Positions 48,646 through 60,870 of a stretch of 64,000 nucleotides of DNA are shown here, piece after piece. Each line of letters starts with the position of its first letter. Position 1 is the stretch's first letter. This DNA comes from Callorhinchus milii. Taxonomy: Eukaryota. Under the pieces are notes generated by a model. That model worked only from the letters and a program-made list of their open reading frames with translations, was not told the DNA's origin and searched no databases. The translations under genes were made by a program, and so were the position numbers. The stretch lies in assembly GCF_018977255.1 (NCBI RefSeq), contig NW_024704742.1, forward strand, positions 129,086,001-129,150,000, written 5' to 3'.

Positions 48646-49099
48646 CAGGTGAATCTTTGACGTCCACCTGAACAGGCAGACAGGACCTCGATTGAAAATT
48701 TCATCTGAAGGACGGCACATCAACAATGCAGAGCTCCCTTGGGATTATCATACTTGTCCCTCCACAGCCTCAATCTACATTTTCACTCGCAAAATATACA
48801 GTCAATTCACTTTACAGTATATTCTGTGAAGCGCTTTGAGATGTCTCAATGGCGCTAAATCAAGCTGAGGGATTATTATTATAGTTTCAAAGGATTGTTG
48901 TGGGGCTTAAACCAACAGTTTTCTGATTTAAATCTAACTAACCGAGCCAGACTAACACTCACAGCAAGGTTAACGAACTTGACAACATCAATACATATAA
49001 CTTTCGAGTAATGACTTAGTTTATACCCAATGGCACCTGTCTTGGTCAAATGGTATTGACCTTTGAAAATGAAATGCTGAACTAACAATTACCCCATTT

Positions 49100-50100
49100 C
49101 CTTGGACCCTCTTGGACCCTCTTGATAATATCATCTGCAGACATGGTGTCAACTTCCACATGTATGCAGATGACACGCAACTCTATCTCTCTATCTCCAC
49201 CTTTGACTCCAGGACGGACACTGATGTCCCGATAGATTGCCTGTCAGACATCAAGTCTTGGATGAGAGCCAACTTTCTACTACAGTTGAACATCAGCAAG
49301 ACCAAGGCCCTCCTGATTGGCTCGCGCCAGCACCTTCCCATCTCAGGCACTGGCAGCATCAGCGTTCACGGATGCAAACTCCACCTCATCAAGCCAGTCA
49401 GGAACCTAGGCATTTTGTTCGAACCTCAACTGTCTTTTCTCCCTCACCGATGATCCACTCTGCCTTTCCCCACCTCCGCAACATCGCCTGGCTCCGCCAT
49501 TGCCTAACCCCTCAGGCCGCTGAAACCCTCATACATGCCTTCATTATATCCAGGCTCGACTATGCCAACACCCTGCTTCTCTGCCTTCCCTGCTCTTCCC
49601 TCCACAAGCTGCAGATCATCCAGAACTCTGCAACTCGTGTCCTCTCCCACACCAGGCTCTGTGATCCCTTTACACCCATGCACACTCAGCTCCACTGGCT
49701 CCCCATTCCTCAGAAAATCGAGTTAAAATTTTTCGTCCCCACCTTCAAAGCCTTCCATGGCCTTGCCCGCTCCTACCTCTCAGACCTGCTAACCCCTTAT
49801 CACCCCTTGTTTGCTCCCTCCACTCAGTAGGCTTCGGCCTGCTACATGCCCTCCGCCCAGCCCGCCTTTTGCTTCTCTGCCCCCACCCTCTGGAACTCCA
49901 TCTCTCATTCCCTTCACCTCACTCCCTCCCTTGCCTCCTTCAAAGCATGCCTTAAGACTCTGCTCTTCGACGTGCTATCAGCCACCTTCCTATCCTCCAC
50001 CCTTCCTAATCCCAACCGCCCCCTCCCTGATTGTTCAGCGCCTTGGGACGTCCTCCTGACATGAAAGGCGCTTTACAAATGTTGTTTTGTATTGTATTAT
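49100..50100 (+). mobile_element. Intermediate-age L2 fragment from RT YADD to tail
   Basis: [21 protein letters not shown]...[29 protein letters not shown]; hairpin at ~50037-50072. Confidence 0.92.
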
Positions 50101-50507
50101 GTTTAACCTGGGGGGTCATCAAAGTGGTACATTTGATACTGATCTGCATTTCATTTCTGGTGCTGAATTGGCCCACTTTCTGAGGCACCAGATTGTGAAA
50201 TTGAAAAGCAATACTCCCACAATTGTTGCAGATCAAACAAATGGCTTAATTATTCTGGGCACTGTGCATGAAATGAGATTGAACAGATGTTCAGTTCGAC
50301 AGCGTTCCAAAGACTAAAATTTTTAGGCAATGAGGTAAACATTATACGACATCAACAACAATTGACATTCACATTCATTCACTCCATGCTGTTTGTGGGA
50401 GATTGCTGCGCGCAAATTGACTGCTGACTCACCCACAAAACACACTGTCACTCCACTTCACAGTTTATCCTGTAAAGCTCTTGGTATGTCCTCCTCATGT
50501 GAAAATA

Positions 50508-50700
50508 CTTTTTTTTGGTCAGCCAGATGTCTGACACAGATGCGAAAACCCATCACCATGCTTAAGAGTATCCAAACCAAATTGAGATTTCCATGCATCC
50601 CACCTACACATGGAAATTCCATGTTTATTGGAATGGAATGCGCACTCTATCCCTGGAGGGATGCATCCTGCTTACCTAATTCTGGAAAGTATTATGTGCA
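50508..50700 (-). repeat. Family C repeat, terminal part
   Basis: tttttttttggtcagccagatgtctgacac...ccatgcatcccacctacacatggaaat. Confidence 0.85.
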
Positions 50701-52199
50701 GCTTGGCGGTAGGGCAGGTGTCCTGGATGGATGAGCCTTCTTCATCCAGGAAAGGACAGAATGGAAGTGGAGCAGGGAAAAGAGACAGTGGAGAAGGATG
50801 GAATGGGCGACAGAATCAAAAGTGGCCTAGAAATCGAGGAGAGCAAGAAGGCAAATAGAGCCCTTGTTGTAGATGTTGGTAACTTTGACCAGGGCAGTCT
50901 CAGTGCTTGTGATTACAATTAAGTAACTGGATTTTCTATGTTACTTGCTATTTGTGTTACAATCTCTTGATTATTTGCATCATTGCTTTTCTGCCTCTAT
51001 GGCATTCTTTAACAAATTGATTTTAAAGAAAGTGCCAACACATTAAAAACAAAGACATAGCCAGATTCTGACAGCAACCAGTATTGATAAAGGGAAGAAA
51101 GTCTGGCCAGTAAAATAAGCTCTAACTCCATGCAAATAAGAATGAGAGAGATCAAATTGGGCCAAGCGTTAAGCTGGGAACAAGATGTGGACTAGGACCC
51201 GAGCTTTGAATGCATACCTTTCCTTGGCGTGTACAAGGTGACTTGAAGGTGATGCAAATCAATCCGAAGCCTTTCAATGGTGTAGCTCTATTCCATACTG
51301 TGTGATTGGAAGGTCAGCATTATATTGTAAGTATATGTCAAAGTTGGCATTCTTTGGTTGCTTTTACTTATCAAGCTAACAAGAATGATCAGCATCAAGA
51401 ACCAGGGTCACTGTCAAGGATGGAAAGGACACAATGTGAAAATTTCACAGACTCCACTGACTCCACTTAAACCAAATAGGGGGTCAAAATTATAATAATA
51501 ATAACAATAATAATCCTTTTATTTCATTTGTTTGCCCTATCACGTTATCGAGATATCTGGAAACACTTCACAGGATTGGAAAAATAATTTAATCACTCAA
51601 TCCATGACTGTTTGGGGGACACTGCTGTGTGCAATCGACTGCCTCATTTCATCCACAAATACAGTCACGCCACTTTACAATATATTCTGTAAAGTACTTT
51701 GAGATGTCTTATCAATGACTTGATAAGGCACTATATCAAATGCAAGGATTTTGCTGTGAAGTGTCGTGACTGTGTATTTGTGGGTGAACATGGCAGCCAG
51801 TTTGCACACAGCATTGTTCGACAAACAGGCATGAAGTAAATGACAAATTTTATTGACTGACTAAATTTTACAATATTCTGCAATACAATTCCTTTCATAC
51901 TTAAGGAAATCCTCCTTCCTGTGACCCCCTCCCCCTCAACTGACTTCTGAACACTAACAGCTCTCCAAGCCAGCCTCAAATCCCTGGGGGTTATCATCTT
52001 GGACTCCACCTTAGTGAGGATTATTTTTGAGTTAAAACTAATGTCAATCAGGCTCAAAGATTTCAGCAAAATCTCAATTGCAGTCTGGTAACACAGATAG
52101 AGGCCACTTCAGGTTTCTTCACAAAATAAGGGCCTAACTGGAGATTGGGATCAGCAATTATTGCCTGAATAAATTCAGGTAAGTCTTTTCAGCCAGAAT

Positions 52200-52605
52200 T
52201 CAAGATACAATGCAATCCAAAATTACATTTGTATAGTGCCTTTCACGCCAGAAGGACATCCCAAGGTGCTGAACAGTCAGAGATTTGAACCCGAGCTTGG
52301 GGGTCAGGATCGGGGAGGGTAGAGGGCAGGGAGGGTACGAGGCTGGTCGAAAGTGCATCCAAGAAGAGGGTTTTGAGACACGCCTCGAAGGAAGCAGGGT
52401 GGGAACGAGGCAAAGGGAATGTGGGAAAGAGTTCCAAAAGTTGTGGAAGAAAGGCTGAAGGCCCAACCGCCAATGGTGGGGGAGGCTGGGCAGGGGACAT
52501 GGAACAGTCCACAACCTGGTGAGTGGAGGGAGCAGACAGATTGATATGGAGTCAGCAGGTCGCAGAGATAGGAAGAAGCAAGGCTGTGGAGGGCCTTGAA
52601 GGCAT
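52200..52605 (-). mobile_element. Older L2 3' fragment
   Basis: gtgcctttcacgccagaaggacatcccaaggtgct hairpin; FEACLKTLFLDA. Confidence 0.8.
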
Positions 52606-52764
52606 TCAGCCAGGTTTGAGTGGTATTGTTTTTCAGAAATCAGGGGGATATTTCACAAGAAATTTTAACTCTGTTCCTTATGGAATGGAATGTGTTTTGG
52701 ACTAACACAATTTTGACAGAATATTTTCTTATACAATCCACACTCGGTTAAATCAGACAAATAC

Positions 52765-53135
52765 GGTTCAGTTGGTACACTCTCAGTCAGAGGGTTTGGT
52801 TTAAAATCCACAACAAGACTTGGAACTCATCTTGTCTAGGCTGACTGGATGGATGGCAATTTCTATTTGATAACCCCTGTTTTTCATTGATGATCTATAA
52901 TTGACACCAATTCCCTATCTTAGGAAGGAGTAAATAAGTCAGGATTTCTGACCCTTCGCCACCATCGCCACCACCACCATCCGCAAGGCTTTAGGATGAT
53001 GAAGGAAGACAAAATAGTTTGCCCCTCTCCATAGAGAAATCATTTTCCAACACTCATTGTCAAGGTTTTAGTATGAATAATGGCCTCTTGACCATTTGAA
53101 CAGGTTCCAGAAGGCAACTGGTGCCCATGGAACTT
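52765..53135 (+). mobile_element. Third SINE-like family: family B-type head with a different body
   Basis: ggttcagttggtacactctcagtcag...tctaggctgac head, then a non-Deu body ending caactggtgcccatggaact. Confidence 0.55.
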
Positions 53136-53137
53136 GA

Positions 53138-53555
53138 ATCATAGAATCATGGAATCCTACAGCTCAGAAGTAGGCCATTTGAAAGAGTTGTCCAATTAGT
53201 CCCACTCACCCACTCTTTCCCTTTAGCCCTGCAATTTTATTATTTTCCAGTATATATCCTACTCCCTTTCGAAAGTTATTGAATCTGCGTCAACAACCCT
53301 TTCAGGTCATAACAACTTGCTGCATAAAAAAAATTCTCCTTATTCTCTCTGGTTCTTTGGCCAATTTTTTAAATCTGTGTCCTCTAGTTACTGACCCACC
53401 GACCAGTGGAAACAGTTTCTCCTTACTTACTCTTTCAAAGCCCCTCATAATTTTGAATACCTCTATTAAATCTCCCCTTAACCTTCTCTGCTCTAAGGAG
53501 ATCAATGCCAACTTCCCTAGTCTCTCCACATAACTGAAGTCCCTCATCCCTTGTG
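53138..53555 (-). mobile_element. CR1-clade LINE 3' end
   Basis: MRDFSYVERLGKLALISLEQRRLRGDLIEVFKIMRGFERVSKEKLFPLVGGSVTRGHRFKKL; (atcatagaatc)-type tail. Confidence 0.92.
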
Positions 53556-54714
53556 TACCATACCCCCGTAGAAAGATAAAAGAATCGAACGAGAGAAGAA
53601 GAGGAAATTGCAGAAGAAAAAGTGGCCGGACAAGAGATTGCTGACCTGTAGCAATGTGATATGATCTTCAGAAAAATCTCTTCAAAATATTGAGAAGGAA
53701 ACATCAGAAGGTTTGATTTTGTTGCTGCTTTATTGTACATTTTAGTTGCTTAAAGGGTAGACAAGCAGTTGCGAGTTGACTGCCAGAATCAGAGGAGCTG
53801 AAACTCTATGATTGTACAATGTTTTAATAACTTTAGTACGTGGCATCACACACGTCCTTGTCAGATTACGGTAAACAGAGATAATATACCATTGTAAATC
53901 TTGCACTTAAGCCAGTTGAAAGGCCTTATTAACAGGAAATTAAAAACATCAAGCAATTCACCACAAAGGTCTTTGCTGCTGACCTACATACTAGATATTA
54001 TTACTCTTTGTTATTTTACATTTTTGGTTGTTAATGAAAAAGAACTGGAGGCGTATTAGCAGTGGCAGAGCAACTTGGGTCAAGATACTAATCTTTCAAG
54101 GTCAAGTTTCACACAAAAAACATCATTGCTGTCACCTGACCATGATATCTTATGATGAAACTGGCATGAAGAACGTGCAGAAATCCTATAAATAGTTTAC
54201 CTCCATCACCTGATGTAGCGCAGGAAATTAAATTACTCCACTATGTAACACTTTATACTTTATTGAGCTAGAGCTGGGAGGAAAGGTATTGACATTCTGT
54301 TTGCAGTTTTAACACCCGACTTGCTTTCAAAGGGAATTGAGGAGTTGGAGAGGCAAGAGAAACAAAGATGACTTCAGGTCTTAGAGCTGTGAAAAATAGA
54401 ACCATAGAAATCTATGACACAGCAGAAGGTTGTTTAACCAATTGTGAAAATGCCAGGGCAAATGTCAGTAGATCCCTGCTATAAGTGCACCTGTGCTACA
54501 GTGGGGAGCATTATAATACGGTTGCCCTGTGTTGTGTAATATGGTTGTATCCCATTCAGTTCATTCAATTAAACTATACATCCTAATCCCAATTCCCTTG
54601 CTTCTACAGGCTGACTGTTGTAATGTGGTGGTTTGGGTCAATAAACTCAGAATCTGCCCACATTATAGTGAAGACATTAAAAATTGACTACCAGTATGGA
54701 GTCATCAGATAATG

Positions 54715-55100
54715 GAATCATAGAATTGTACAGCACAGAAGGAGGCCCATCGTGTCTGTGCTAGCTCTTTAAAAAGAGCTATTCAAATCAATCCCACTAC
54801 CCCTGCTCTCTCCCCACAGCCCTGCAAACTTGTCCTCCCCAAGTTCACCTTCCTTTGTTGGTGAACAACATCTTGCACGTATAAAGTGCCCTTCACACAG
54901 TGGCTCAGAGCACTTAACAATGGCATAGTTTTGACCCTGAGCCAAAGAGAAAGAGGAAGTGACCATAGGCACAGTCAAAGAGGAAGTCCTTAGGTGTGAT
55001 CTGAAGAAGGCAAAGAGGGGGCAAGGTGGAGGGATTGAGACAGGGGGTTCCAGAGGTTCGGAGGAAGCACAGCTGCCAGTGGCGGAGCTGAAGGACGTGC
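54715..55100 (-). mobile_element. CR1-type tail (54715-54842) adjacent to an old L2 3' fragment (54865-55100)
   Basis: atcatagaattgtacagcacagaaggaggccc; cagtcaaagaggaagtccttagg...ggggttccagagg. Confidence 0.7.
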
Positions 55101-55429
55101 AGGAGGTACTTGTGAAGTGACAGCAGTGTTTCCTGTACCGTGTGCATGAGCAGCACACAAGAAATTACATTAGCAACTTCCTTTATGTAGCACACATGCG
55201 TACTTTGTGCAGGAAGCTAGTCACCCAACAGCAGGGGCCAGAGATGGACAACGTTTCTGCTTTAATGTGGGTCACTGTTATAAGTGCACCGGTGCTATCA
55301 TGCGTTCTGTTATAACAGAGTTGAGAGTTGCCCTGTGCTGTGTGAGATTGTTGTATCCAATTTAGTTCTGAATTATTGTCAGGTTTTCATTATTCAGAGT
55401 ACATTATAAACACAACGAGCCAGATCTTG

Positions 55430-55718
55430 TGTCCTTCGGATATGTTAAACCGAGGTCCTGTCTGCCTGCTAGACATACCATGGCATTTTTCGAAAAGAAA
55501 AAGGAGATTCTCCCAGTGTCCTGACCAACAATCCCCCAAATAACTTTGGTCACTCACTTCATGGCTGTTTGTGGGATACTGTGCGTGCAAACTAGATGCT
55601 GGGATTTGCCCACAAAATACATAGTCATTCCACTTTAGAGTAAATCCTGTGAAATGCGTTGAGATGCCTCGTCGAGGTGATAAGGCACTTTGTCAAATGC
55701 AAGGATTATTATTATTGT
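55430..55718 (+). mobile_element. Deu-type SINE (family B), 3' two-thirds
   Basis: gttaaaccgaggtcctgtctgcc...ttctcccagtgtcctgacc...aggattattatt. Confidence 0.8.
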
Positions 55719-56109
55719 ATCCAATGGGGTGTTGCATTGAAATACGTCATCATTTGTGAAATACAAAGAATTCAAACACTGTGACCTTTAAGATAAAGAG
55801 TGGGTGGAGGAGTCATGTCATTGTCAGAAGTCTCTGTTCTGCAATAAAAGAAACATCACGATGTGTCTTCAAGTTTCTGAAAAAATTCTATGCTGTTGCA
55901 TTAAAAGCTGAGCTGTATTGTTAAGGGAAATTAGTGCTACAATTGACCTATACAATATCTCACCAAGGAATGACACTAAGTGCAAAACGTCTATTATGAG
56001 CCCCAATGCTGTGATCCATCACCCAATCAACACCAACAAAACCCAAGTGTTTTATTGAAGGATCATGATTCCATTAATCAACATGTCAGAGCCACATAGC
56101 CCCATGAGA

Positions 56110-56585
56110 ATGTATAAGATCAGAAATAACCATTGCGCTCCATCAGGTCAGCCCCAACGTTACTACCTTTTAAATAAATTCCATATTACTCCATATCCTT
56201 CATTGAATTCTTTCCCAAATACTGTAGCTATCTAGATCCTTCGTGAAGTTGCTTCTACTGCCTCTGTTGGCCATCTATTCTACACATTCATGATTTAAAT
56301 AGGGATTGAAAAAGTAAACCCAGAATAATACTTTAGAATGAACTAAGACAATCGAACAAGAGGACATAGGTTTAGATTTGCAAAGGGCAATTTTAGGACA
56401 GATACCAGGAAGTTTTTCTTACTCAGAGAGTAATCAACAACTGGAACAGGTTGCCAGGAAAAGTGGTTGAATCCAAGACATTAGACTCATTTAAAAAGCA
56501 GTGATTGTTGGAGTGGAGGGTGGGTATTCTAGAGGTATGAGATTGGATGGGCTGAAAGGCCTTCTTCATCCAAACCAATCTTGTA
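56110..56585. mobile_element. Two CR1 3' fragments back to back (- 56110-56290, + 56295-56585)
   Basis: + copy cgaacaagaggacatagg...RKFFFTQRVINNWNRLPGKVVES; - copy taagatcagaaataacc...ctattctacacattca. Confidence 0.7.
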
Positions 56586-56659
56586 ATCGCTGCATAGTAT
56601 ACTGTAATTAAATCTGAACCGTTAATTTTCCCTCTTCTAAGCTTGAGAGCACAATTTTT

Positions 56660-57280
56660 TCCAAGTCGGCTCCCATTAGCCATACAAACCATAGCCCTAA
56701 AGGGTAGGGTGGTCCTAGCTAGACAAGAAGCAAGATGATTCCCAGACAGTGTTCACAATGTCAAGCTATATGGTTTTACTTGGTTAAGTAAAACTTAGAT
56801 AGTCTGGATCCTCAGGCAGGTCCTCAGTATTCCAGGGCACTGCTGATGACAGCACAGTCAGCCTGATTCATTGGATGGACCTAGAAGGGCAGACCAGTCA
56901 CTGGGGGCAGGGAGTCATCCCGCTCAACTCCTGTTAACGCTCCAAGCTGAAGCTTTAATGAATAGTGTGATCCTAGCTGGATAAGCAGAGGCAAAGCTTG
57001 CTGGACAGCAATATCATGTGGTTTTAGTTGGTTAGATTCCAGTAGTACACTCTTCAGTTGCCAAGCATTGGGTCTTACTAACCTGCACCTAATACTTTCC
57101 AGAATTAGGTAATCAGGATACATTCCTCCAAGGAGAGAGGGCACATTCCATTCCAACAATCTATCTCTGGGATTTCCATGTGTAGGTGGGATGCATGGAA
57201 TTCTCAGTTTTGTTTGGATACTCTTAAGCATGTCATGGGTTTCCACATGTGACGGACAGCCAGCTGACCTCCCCCAAAAA
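56660..57280 (+). repeat. Family C repeat, longest copy (~620 bp), with internal direct duplication
   Basis: Collinear with the reverse complement of 18696-19170; ends ccagctgacctcccccaaaaa. Confidence 0.85.
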
Positions 57281-58719
57281 GGTGCCAAATTTCAGTTTTC
57301 AATCTTGCTGCACTTTGTAGTACTCCCTCCAATGCTTCCCACTTGTCATTGGCCACCAGGATAGTCTGTAAAATTCTAGGAGTGACAATGAACGAGCATC
57401 ACTTTTTATGAGTTATGTTCTTTCCCTTCAGCTCTATACCCCAAGACCCTATCAGGTTTTCTTTTAATTGCAGCCTCACAGATGTGGGAACCATTTCAGT
57501 AATCTAACCACTAGTTAGAAATCTCTCCCATTTGTTTCTTCCAGCAGATTTAGTATTAAGGCTTTAGAATTTTTTGTACAACCTCTTCACACAAGTATTT
57601 AATTGAACCCTACCCCCGAAAAAGGAGACCTGGATAAATATCGTCTAATTTACATTATTTCTTAATAAGGTATTTGGCTAGATTTTTGCGTCAACTTCTG
57701 ACATTTCTGGATTACCTGGGGAAAATTACCCCTTTCCCCCATTTCTCCAAATCCATTTACGCAATAATTTTTGGCAGCTTTAAACATAAGAGAAATCTCA
57801 AAATCCCGCAGTCCTGATTGACACTGAAGCCTTTCCAAAGGCACGTTCTCTGAAGGCAACCAATTGCTTGTCCGAGATGCCTCTTTAAATTCCAATCTAT
57901 AAATCACAAGTAACAATGACACCTACTTTAACGCTGGAGTCTATTTTGAGGCAACCAGGCTCCACTTGTATTCATTAGAGCTACTGGTAATGAGTTACAT
58001 TCAACCATTTGGAAAACACCTGATCACTGAATCTTATTCGCATCTGCAAGGTGAAGTGAAAGCCACTGATTAAGATGAAAAGATTTTCAATGGATTGCAT
58101 TTTATTTCAAATTCCTGCAAGTTACTTGCTCCTGTTCATCAGAGAAGCAATGGTCCCATGCAAACCACTAGGAAGGTATTCACTCTTAATGAGTTTTCAA
58201 CCTCATTGTCCTTGCTGGTTACCATAGCACTAGCTACTTACCTAGAACCGCTATAGAAACAAGAAGAGTAGGCAAATATTGTATTTTGTGCTTGTGCTTG
58301 TAGGGCAACTACATTGTCATAATGACAAGGTCATGAGGAATAGAATAAAATAGTGGTTTTAGAGCAGTTTACAATATATGCTGCAGTTATGAGTGATAAC
58401 CTGCATCCTATGGGTGTTCCTGATGCAGAGCTCTATTTATACTGCTTGCAATTAACTGGATAAAGAATGAATGTGCTTCGGTGCAATTTGCATCAATGTA
58501 TATCATGATCATGAATGAATGTAATCAAGCTTCGTCAGGTTGTTTTCTTCTGTCAAGATACTGGGGCTGAAAAAGAGCTTCTTACATAAGTGGTAAATTA
58601 GACACAGGAAGAACCCAATCAGTCCCTCCGACTTGCTCCCCCAGTTTATTGATTGCAGATCTTTTAATCCCATTTCCCATCCTTTTTGCCACACCCCTTA
58701 ACATATTTTGATACAGTGC

Positions 58720-59170
58720 TTATATTCCTTGCATTTGATATTGTATCTTATCACTTTGTCAAAACGTTTCAAAATGTAGTGAATGTACTTATAGGGAAAT
58801 GCAGTAACCTATTTGGGTACAGTAATGTTCCACAAATAGCAACAAAGAGAATGGCTATTATTTTATCTTGCGGATTATTTGCCAGGAAAATGGGTAAAGC
58901 TCCTTTTCGACTGTGTCACCTCCCCTTTCTCTCCAGCTTGGGGTCAAAATATGCTTTTGTTGGAGCAATGTCATGGGATCTTTAATGGGATCCACCTGAC
59001 CAGGCTGAGTTCAATATCGCATCCAAAGCCCAGCATCTCCGACAATGTATCACTCTCCAAAACTACATTGGGGTGTCAGCCTGTACTTTAATTTCAAAGT
59101 CCTCATTTTAGGCTTGAAGCCACAACCGTACTACTAAGAGGACAGAGTGCTCCAACTGAACCAGGCTAAA
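58720..59170 (-). mobile_element. Deu-type SINE (family B), degraded full length
   Basis: catgggatcttt...ccacctga...cagcatctccgacaatg...gtcagcc...agagtgctccaactgaaccaggct. Confidence 0.7.
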
Positions 59171-59354
59171 ACTCTTAATGGAAACAGGAGTATTAATGGT
59201 GCTGTTGGAAAAAAGGGCTTTGCAACATAAACAAGGTTTGCCAGAATGAAACCAGAGCTCACCAAGCCATCTCAAAACACCCTGGCTTTAATCTGAAATT
59301 TCTTTAGAGCTGAGTTCATGCATATCAGCATAAAGGATTCATCATTGTGGTTCA

Positions 59355-59714
59355 TAATTATAATAATCCTTACGTTTGATATAGTGCCTTATCATGTCAT
59401 TGAGACATCTCAAAGCACTTCACAGAATAGGTTGTAAAGCGAATTGACTGTATATTTTGTCGGCAGCCAATGGCGCAAAGCAGTGTCCCACAAACAGTCA
59501 TAGATTGAATGACCAAATTTTTTTTTTTTTAAGAGATTATTAAGCCCGGAAAGCGATCCACCAATCAACTAACAATTGGGTTCCTACTTACTGCTAGGTA
59601 AACAGATGCCTGTGGTGTAATGTAAATTGCCTAAAATTTAATCCCGCCAGGAATTGAACCTGGGTCCTCTCGCTTGCAAGGCAAGTGTTCTAATAATATG
59701 CCACAGGACTTCAC
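59355..59714 (-). mobile_element. SINE family A long, full length
   Basis: Tail, gggttcctacttactgctaggtaaacag, head ggaattgaacctggg...caggacttcac. Confidence 0.88.
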
Positions 59715-59723
59715 CTGGTGAAA

Positions 59724-60222
59724 ACAACAACAACAACAACAACAACAACAAGATTCCATTTATAAAGCGCCTTTCACGTCAGGAGGACGTCCCAAGGCGC
59801 TGCACAGTTGGGTCATGACCCGAGCAGGGGGGAAATGGTCAGGGTGAGGGGAGGGAAGGGAGGGAGCGAGGAGGGGGAAATGGTCAGGGTGAGGGGAGGG
59901 AAGGGAGGGAGCGAGGAGAGGGAAGAGAGTCGAGAGGGGAGCTGAAGGCTCGGTCAAAGAGAAAGGTTTTGAGACCGGCCTTGAAGGAGGAAAGGGAGGA
60001 AGCGGCGAAGGCACTGGGGGATGGAGTTCCAGAGCCTAGGGGCTGAGAGGCTGAAAGCCCGACCACCGATGGTAGGGCGATTGGGGCGGGGGACGTGGAG
60101 CAGACCGGAGCCAGAGGAACGGAGGGTACAGGCAGCTAGGTAGGGGGATAGTAGGTTGGAGAGGTAGGAGGGAGCAAGGCCGTGAATGGCCTTGTAGGTG
60201 AGGATGAGGATCTTGAAATCAA
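59724..60222 (-). mobile_element. Young 5'-truncated L2 (~500 bp)
   Basis: Near-identical to 27110-27604; long (CAA)n tail; tandem G-rich unit. Confidence 0.94.
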
Positions 60223-60429
60223 AGGATAAAGGGGCGTCAGTATTGAAAAAGCAATCCTCTTGAAACCCGCAATGTTACTATAAAATGGTTTTACAACAAC
60301 AACAAAATTATATTTGTAAAGCGCCTTTCATGTTGGGATTTAATATCTCATCCAAAGGACAGCAACTCCAATAATGCAGTGCACCCTGAGCACTGTATTG
60401 AAGTGTGACCCTGTACTATGAGCTCAATA

Positions 60430-60870
60430 AAAGTAACAATAATAATAATAATCCTTGCATTTGATGCAGTGCCTTATCATGTTGTTGAGTTGTACTAAAG
60501 TGCTTCACAGAATATACTGTAAAGTGGAGTGACTGTATTTTGTGGGAGAAATGCAGCCGCCAATTGCACACAGCAGTGTCCCACAAACAGTCATGGATTT
60601 ATTGACCAAATTATCACTATTATTATTATAACCCACCACATTCTGAAGTAGAGTCCCTCTCTTGCCTCCTTCAAATCCTGTCTGAAGACGTTCCTCTTCA
60701 ATCGTGCCTTCATCCAACCTCCCAGCCCTAACCCCACCCCCTCTGCCCTCCTTCCCTTCTGGCCCCAACTCCCAGCTCGGGAACAAAACCCCTGATTGTC
60801 CAGCACCCTGGGACGTCTTTCCGACGTGAAGAGTGCTATACAAATATAATTTGTTGTTGTTGTTGTTCCC
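60430..60870. mobile_element. SINE 3' module (-, 60430-60625) and older L2 3' end (+, 60655-60870)
   Basis: Standard SINE tail; gcaccctgggacgtctttccgacgtgaagagtgct hairpin and (ttg)n. Confidence 0.8.

Noticed and set aside
53570..53740. Purine-rich stretch translating as KDKRIEREKKRKLQKKK or EEEEIAEEK
   Set aside because: Short, closed by stops in all + frames and without clear splice sites; a compositional effect.
56836..56880. CTGATGA in family C as a possible second hammerhead; faint 5S rRNA resemblance nearby
   Set aside because: No stem II followed by GAAA in this copy or the ~19100 copy; the 5S similarity is too weak to call.
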